In this document: positions 59,801 through 64,000 of the stretch, piece after piece
Layout: the number at the start of each line of letters is the position of its first letter
How positions within the stretch are numbered: the stretch's first letter is position 1
NCBI GenBank assembly: GCA_973895155.1
Contig: OZ316899.1
Location: 3,907,141 to 3,971,140, forward strand
From: Marsupella aquatica
Taxonomy: Eukaryota; Plantae; Marchantiophyta
Direction: 5' to 3'
Length of the DNA stretch: 64,000 nt
Notes under the pieces: model-generated
Database searches by the model: none
Seen by the model: the letters and a program-made list of their open reading frames with translations, nothing else
What the model was told of the DNA's origin: nothing
Program-made: the position numbers and the translations under genes

Positions 59801-59821
59801 TTGACTCCTTGTAGTGGGCAT
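53843..59821 (-). CDS. Gypsy gag-pol polyprotein, intact
   Basis: Likely ATG at 59821. Gag, three CCHC knuckles, protease DGGSG, RT FIDD, RNase H DVSG/TDH, integrase HHCC plus GIDF/SDRG, GPY motif. Confidence 0.97.
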   Translation of the reverse strand: MPTTRSQALKEASLSFNFGDQLEQPDWVDIHLQAEAEPGVGWSDTSSSTTNTSEDQEAAMVVTQRARFQYKTFHGKPKEDPDAWLEDFIGTAQANGEFDIKLTTLAGVLRGEARPWFNSLSNAIKNDWDAFKLAFLQEFRKVGEESEALIKMGEIRMGSKESVRRFLQRFQRLATKLDPRPVDSMLLAWFVASLPKKMGVSVRQSHPNTLDEAIEAAQSYRSAEISSSKSRRKKKRFAYSDSSSSSSESSSSVEDTSESESEESSSSSDSESDSEEDSEKKKKKKKKKAKRKSDQKRRASKKKPGGKHHKSATFNLVEGSTPATKEKKVMDNKMSEITNQLKALSVHFAGVQPDRRKVPVNRAHVWCVKCKSFGHTPQECQGWRNQVQYVNEESNDVYQASEVVDYFYEEAPEMVYQISGGPRTLQGRPAPPMAPQLMPGLQPRMVDQMGPQGPGGVARTTVVICWNCQKPGHYSNSCPEPRRQGQGAPYPLCAVCKREGHTTANCPIGSAAKMMIGRIEAPPPAVAKAPGEATVNFLSMEWQEEAKDGVTQVAGGENQPDLPGMETPEEEAVCYKVSTRSTRKKERVEERKKRKERKEHSTESPIEVEVGAEVQVPPAEDSDYKRDHPKLFYPKVNEEVKRQLEEMEAKEHQEAINKDLKVAKALKEKAEVEEKKETSKVPSYDIKKDVKDCLVTATVGQLIKDNPLYRRQLKEMLVGRRRRKLPKVGTPADVMMVCEDLGAPEIDVQVNGCVLSYVPVDGGSGVNIMIEATAQQLGFKKLQPTARTMRLANGARVLPVGTLTQVPTLIGGQEFLLNYLVMRPARPSTYPILIGRPWLYGAKVVSDWGKKEFRFGKPATSVSWGHDKHQGETTDELDEYDSELSDELSTKSESDEDEVYMLNMVSQWTEEEVFGEEQEQEALTSHSPLPSLSEVTSLEEVKQAETSAKESNQEDTITMAQEVDQTSKGAAQVEIKTRSNDQSLKAKHLALLKLKIKELEDQLKAANSEEDETQEDQHSSKEKEELSAENAPVYGGMRLAQLEGTFDSTMRNKMEVIRAEQYRTISVQQDKTFNLGNALGSGEEKTIQDLLGEYVDVFAWSHLDLTGVNPELGEHRIDLMLGASPVRQRQYRMNPKYSLMVKEEIDKLLEAGFIYPVLNSEWVSPIVIVPKKPGLDGKPKIRVCQDFRKLNEATKKDHYPIPFTDMVLDLVAGWEVYSFLDGYSGYNQIWIRKEDQLKTAFTTEWGIYAFRRMPFGLCNAPGMFQRLMMNIFHDYLRKFLEVFIDDFAVFGRGKDHVEHLRMTFQRCREVGLKLHPGKCFFGVEEGILLGHKVSKKGIEVDQEKVAVWMAVKFPTSVTELRGFLGCLNYYRRFIKDFAKVALPLTSMLKKGAEVEPSVERLASFQELKNRLVEAPILIAPDWSREFHVYVDVSGFCIGVVLSQLDDQNRDHPIYFASRLLAPAEKNYSPTDREALGIIYSCKKFRHYLLGYKVVFHTDHNALKYMVNKPDVTGRVARWILLLQEFDYEVRVRPGKKHGNADFFSRIEGEEDLKEVDDQFPDEDLFHVGSGGDTWYLDIIQFLLTTRLPRDLNQEEAAVFLRKIRPYLLVKGVLHKEGVDGRLRRCLEKKEISIVMRAMHEEEAGGHYASATTARKILDAGYWWPTLHKDVSLFVRGCDPCQRTGKPAHSRHHPLTTILPLAPFEKWGIDFIGPITPVTRSRRNRYILLATDYATKWVEARPTSKDNALTVARFMYQQIFTRFGPPLELVSDRGTHFLNEVVEELTNHYLIKHRKTTPYHPKANGLTERANGIIGKILNKTVAAHKTDWDDKLYSAVYSYNLAFKTTTGHSPFYLVFGQHSLVPVEFEVPTLRVSVEERMEADQSLMERAYQLEELEEIREEASKQVKKKQAQVKQHHDKKLKKPTSLLAGQLVLLYDSRYAHFPGKLHTRWLGPYVVHQVYANGSIQLATLEGEVFPTRVHHDRLKRYFNQE

Positions 59822-59927
59822 GCCACTCACAATCACCTTCTTATCTCCCTTCTTCTCTTGAACAGCAAACCTGCAAACACACCTCCAAGTCTTGTGGCTC
59901 CACTCCAACAAAAACTGTAAAGAGTTG

Positions 59928-59945
59928 TCCCCGGCAGCGGCGCCA
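59928..59945 (-). promoter_or_regulatory. PBS, tRNA-Asp type
   Basis: TGGCGCCGCTGCCGGGGA on the minus strand, 20 nt from the LTR end. Confidence 0.85.
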
Positions 59946-59965
59946 AAAACAAGGGTGGGACTCTA

Positions 59966-62900
59966 TGTCAAACACTTGCCAAGGAGCTTAAGCGGCTTTT
60001 CTCCCCAAAAGACTACCTAATACCTGCTCCATGTCATACCAGGGTCACAAAGGATTGACAAAACTTCTGAAGTGTGCTTACAATGTCCAATCACTCCATA
60101 CATAAGTAGTTTCAACTCTCCACTTCTAGAGAGGTAGTCCCCTTGACTACTTTTGTACTCACCCCTTCCCCTCTCCTCTACTCCAAGGATCAGCAAGGGG
60201 GATCTCCGCTCCAAGCTGTCACCTTAGAGTAGATTCTCACACAAACACCCAAGAACCCAAAGTACTTTCCTCTTCAAGCTTAAGTCTCCTCAAGACCCTC
60301 AAAGTAGTGTTACCCCTCAACCTTGCCCCCCTGGCCTTGGTTTGGGTCCACACATCCCCTTTGAGCCCTAGAGAAGGCTCCTCTATCTAAGGACTCTTCC
60401 TCTTGTTCTTACTTCTTGTTAACACCACACACCAAGCAAAGTACTTTCCACCCTCAAGCTATAATCCTCTCTAAGTCTCAAAGTAATGCTATACCTTAAC
60501 CTTGCCTCCTTGGCCTTGGTTTTGTACTAGCACATCCCCTTCAAGCTTAGACCAAGATTATACCATAGCATGGACTCTTCTCTTGCTCTCATATACTTCA
60601 AATGCACTCACACTTAATGGTCACAATGAAGATTGGTAAGTCTCCTTTTATTGCATCACCTTTACAACAAAAGTTCACTACACATTCTCCACACTAAGCA
60701 TGGACCACCTCTCCTTTCTCAAGCTTAGCCCTACCTTGGCAAGGTAGAGATTTCACTTAAGAGATGAGACTCCCGGTCCCTAACAAATGAAAACTTCCTC
60801 CTTATATACTATCTCCTTCCACATCACACCAAGCTTGACCTGGGGTCCAACTATACCTCCCCCAAGTCCTCCTAACACACAAAGTCCAACTCTATAGTTC
60901 ATAGCCCACCCTACTACTTGCTATTTTGCCTCCTTCCAAGCCCTGGAATATGCCACACATGAGTGGTATGCTTTGACTTCCAAACCTACTCCCACTTATG
61001 GTCCTCCTCACCAGCTTACCAACCCACTTGAAAGCTTGCAAAAAGAGTGAGTGAGTCTCAAGTTGTGCCTAGTCAAAGTTGGCCTTATTTTACTTGTAAC
61101 CCCTTTACTACCCTAAGTAAACTACCCCCTATATTTACTTTTCTTAACTTGATGGCCTTACACCTTTGGCCAAAGGTAAGTACCCTTCTCTAGAGCCTAA
61201 CTCAAGTGGTATGGGTGCAAGAAAGGTCAGCCCCTAAATCTGGTATTCATTCCCCTATGCCGACTTTGGTTTGCAAGTTGTCGGGACTCCCTCGTGGCCT
61301 CGGTTAAAAATATATTTGAGTGATTACTTTTCTGGGGTTCCACCTTCACCAGGGGGTGCCTTATCTTCCCCTAACTCAGCACAAAAAAATTTGGGCCCCA
61401 ACGGATACCTCTAGCCAAAGTTATGCCCATTCTCCCAAGGCCTGTTTTTGGTGTAAAGCGGGTGTAAGCGGCGGCCCGATTACACTTACCTTACATGCCC
61501 CTTATGGGGATTCCACGTGTCATGAGGGGAGAGCACTCTCATTATACTCATGTTTCTTATGAAGAAATTGTAAGGACAGCAATGTTTGCAGCCATTTCTC
61601 TCTCGTGAATTCAATCTAAAACCACAGCATTCTCTATTGGATTCTTTCTTGTGCAGCAGTCCAGCTGATCAGCCGCCAGCCCCTCAATTTCACAGCCACC
61701 ATAGCTCACAGCCAGCCTAGTCAATTTCGCAGCTAGCTCACCTCTTCAATTTTGCCGCTAGCAACACAGTCAATTTCGCAGCTAGCAGCACAGTCACATC
61801 AGCGCATTTACAGCACAACAACAGCAGATTTGAAGCACAGCAGCAGCAACCATAGCTTGATTCCTTCTCAGTCAAGCAGGTCTCTCTTCTCAATTTCGTA
61901 GCTGCCCACCTTTGCAATTTCGCAGCTAGCAGCAGCATCATTCAATTCAGCAGCATCAAGGCAGCAGCCAGCCAATTCTCATGAGCATCTCGTGCCTGAT
62001 TAGTAGGAGCACCTCTAATCTAGTGTGCAGCTGTCATAGCAGCAAGCAGCCTTCCCAATTCAAAGCCAGCAGCGATCCTAATTTGCAGCCATAGCTCTTT
62101 TCCTTCTCAGCAGCCATAGCTTCTTCAATCAGCAACAGCCCTTGCTTCTTCAATCAGCAGCAGCCCTTGCTTCTTCAATCAGCAGCAGCCATTTCAATTC
62201 AGCCGCCCTTCCTTCAATTCAGCCGCCCTTGTGCTCAATTGATTCCTCAAGTAATCATGCAGCACCTTTGGACAGCCTCCCGGTGCTTGACGTCCTCACC
62301 AGCCTCGTGCTTGCTCCTCCTTGCCTCGTGCTCGCTCCTCCTTGCCTCGTGCTCGCCGCGTGATCGTCGCCCACGCGGTTTACACTTAGAAAAAAATACA
62401 TTTTTTTTTGGAAAAACAGCATTTTGGGGCGATTTTGGACCCCCCTCCAAAACTCACACATAAGTCCAAAAGGACTTCTGAGTAGCTCCACTGATTCTAT
62501 GGACATAGGACTATGTCCGGGTTTACTAAGATATAAACAAAACCCTATAACAACTTTTCTAAAATTAGGCAAAGAGGGTCAAGTCTTTATGTCTTCCAAA
62601 ATTCTTCTCAACTTTGAGATGCTCCCAAAAAGTAACCAAGTGTGACAAAGTTGTCCCACAAGTTTCTAGGGATAGAGGGGACCATACTTAACCCACTTCC
62701 AAACTTGGAACCCCTACATTTACCCATCAGCTATTTTTCCCGGGACCCGCTATTTGGTAACTTTGATTTTTGCCAAAATACTTATAACTCCTAGGTTAAG
62801 ACCCCACTTGACTTCATACTTTTTCAGGGTTCCCTAGGGACCTCCCAGCACCCATGGGAGAAATATCAGCCAAAAATAAGATGTCCGGTGTCGGGTCATT

Positions 62901-63155
62901 TTTCGGTCCCGACTTAGTCGCCTATTATAACTAAGGACGGAACTAGTTTCCTGCCCCTCCTATAGTAACTTGCTTACCCCTAGATAACTTTGCATAACTA
63001 AAATTCCCTCTTACCTCTACTAAGCTTCCCTTCTTACTTAAGTGCCCTAAACCTAGCTACTCTGATAGCACTAAAACTTTTTCCCTAACTATTTCCTCTT
63101 CTAAACGAAAGAATGTCATGTTTCTCTACACTAGCTGACACTGAGCCATCCCACA
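59966..63155 (-). repeat. 5' LTR (3190 bp)
   Basis: Direct repeat of 50658-53802 with extra 25-bp and 21-bp repeat units. Confidence 0.96.
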
Positions 63156-63402
63156 TAATTGCAGAATTCATGTAGGACCATGACCACTTCTTTATCGTTG
63201 ATAGCCATGTCCCTACAACAACATGTGTACTCTGTGGAGTGATGTCCTGAACTACAGTGCCATGGAGCTTAGAGAATCGTTTCTGTATAGTTGGCCAATG
63301 CACTTTGGTCAACCCATGCTGGCCATGGGCCAAAATGGCTCTGACCCTTGTAAACAATGCTGGGTGGTCACACTTTCTATGTTTTCCAGGCTCCATGTAC
63401 AC
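63156..63402 (-). pseudogene. BRCT-domain-like coding fragment truncated by the gypsy LTR
   Basis: LFTRVRAILAHGQHGLTKVHWPTIQKRFSKLHGTVVQDITPQSTHVVVGTWLSTIKK..SAI follows the BRCT pattern (G..V...I...THVVV...T.K) and stops at the LTR before the final W helix. Confidence 0.5.
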
Positions 63403-64000
63403 ACACCCTACATGATAAGAGTGAATTTTGGAAGAATGAGTTCACCTGACAATACAAGGACAACAAAATTCCTACATTTTGAGTTGATCCAGTCCACTGG
63501 TGCTCAGGGCCGATTTTGATAGGTACAGCGGATATGTGAACAATATGTACTAAGGCACCTGCACAGATGCAGGACATTGTTTGAATATATACTAGAAAAT
63601 CCATATCGAAGGTGAAATGAAGTGCAACCAACTTCTCATGGCACATACATCTTTTGTTGTAAAGGAGGATACATTCCAAGACAAACTTATAGGGCAATTT
63701 GATAAATTGCATGCCTGATAATTTATATGCTTACAACTTTGAAGTCCTGTTTTAATTTAGCAGTCTGATGAGAGTGTTTATGAAAACGACCACTCAGCCT
63801 AAATACTTCCAAGAAGGCTTGTAAGGATAAGTTTTTATAGGCATGTACCCAGCCACTGACGCCAGAGCATAGGATAAGTGCTGCCTATATAAACTTGCCT
63901 ACCCAACTCCTTTTCAAAATGGAATCTCTGCAATCTCCAAAAATAGTACATCCACATCTGGTGCACTGTGCATGTACAATGTTCAGCTTCACAGCCAAGA

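Larger units (their letters stand above)
50658..63155 (-). mobile_element. Intact Ty3/gypsy LTR retrotransposon, non-chromovirus Athila-like
   Basis: Twin LTRs, tRNA-Asp-type PBS, PPT and a single 2022-aa gag-pol ORF without a chromodomain. No TSD (GAGTG versus TAATT). Confidence 0.95.

Noticed and set aside
53843-59911. Many short ORFs overlapping or antisense to gag-pol, here and in the copia and CACTA genes
   Set aside because: Shadow frames of real coding sequence or low-complexity repeats, with no independent motifs.
63860-63930. YIGST as a GIY-YIG nuclease
   Set aside because: The upstream GIY half and the spacing do not fit.
1-64000. rRNA, tRNA or other structured ncRNA genes
   Set aside because: Only 12-18 nt PBS complements were seen; no full RNA gene is supported.

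Overview
Repeat-dense land-plant heterochromatin (bryophyte-like by inference) made almost entirely of nested transposable elements; no intact host gene is evident. From left to right: (1) the right arm of a TIR DNA transposon (1-3540) carrying an intron-containing, decayed beta-class N4C/N6A DNA-methyltransferase-like gene and an array of TAGCGCC-N-GGCGCTA palindromes; (2) a full-length Bianca-type Ty1/copia (6706-12480) inserted in a MITE; (3) a decayed Ty3/gypsy gag-protease remnant; (4) a 12.1-kb CACTA element (17455-29591, TSD TAG) whose transposase gene appears to contain a SET-domain exon, with a nested non-autonomous CACTA and a third MITE copy inside it; (5) a Sola2-like transposase fragment; (6) gypsy accessory ORFs (TR28/PMD-like plus coiled coil), one apparently inside an LTR, and an RPA70-C-like OB-fold; (7) a 5'-truncated second Bianca copia; (8) a young, intact Athila-like gypsy (50658-63155) with 3.1-kb LTRs but no TSD. 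The most striking signal is two unrelated DNA transposons that each carry a methyltransferase-fold module: a SET domain probably spliced into a CACTA transposase, and a prokaryote-type DNA amino-methyltransferase. All domain calls come from reading motifs by eye and need HMM confirmation.
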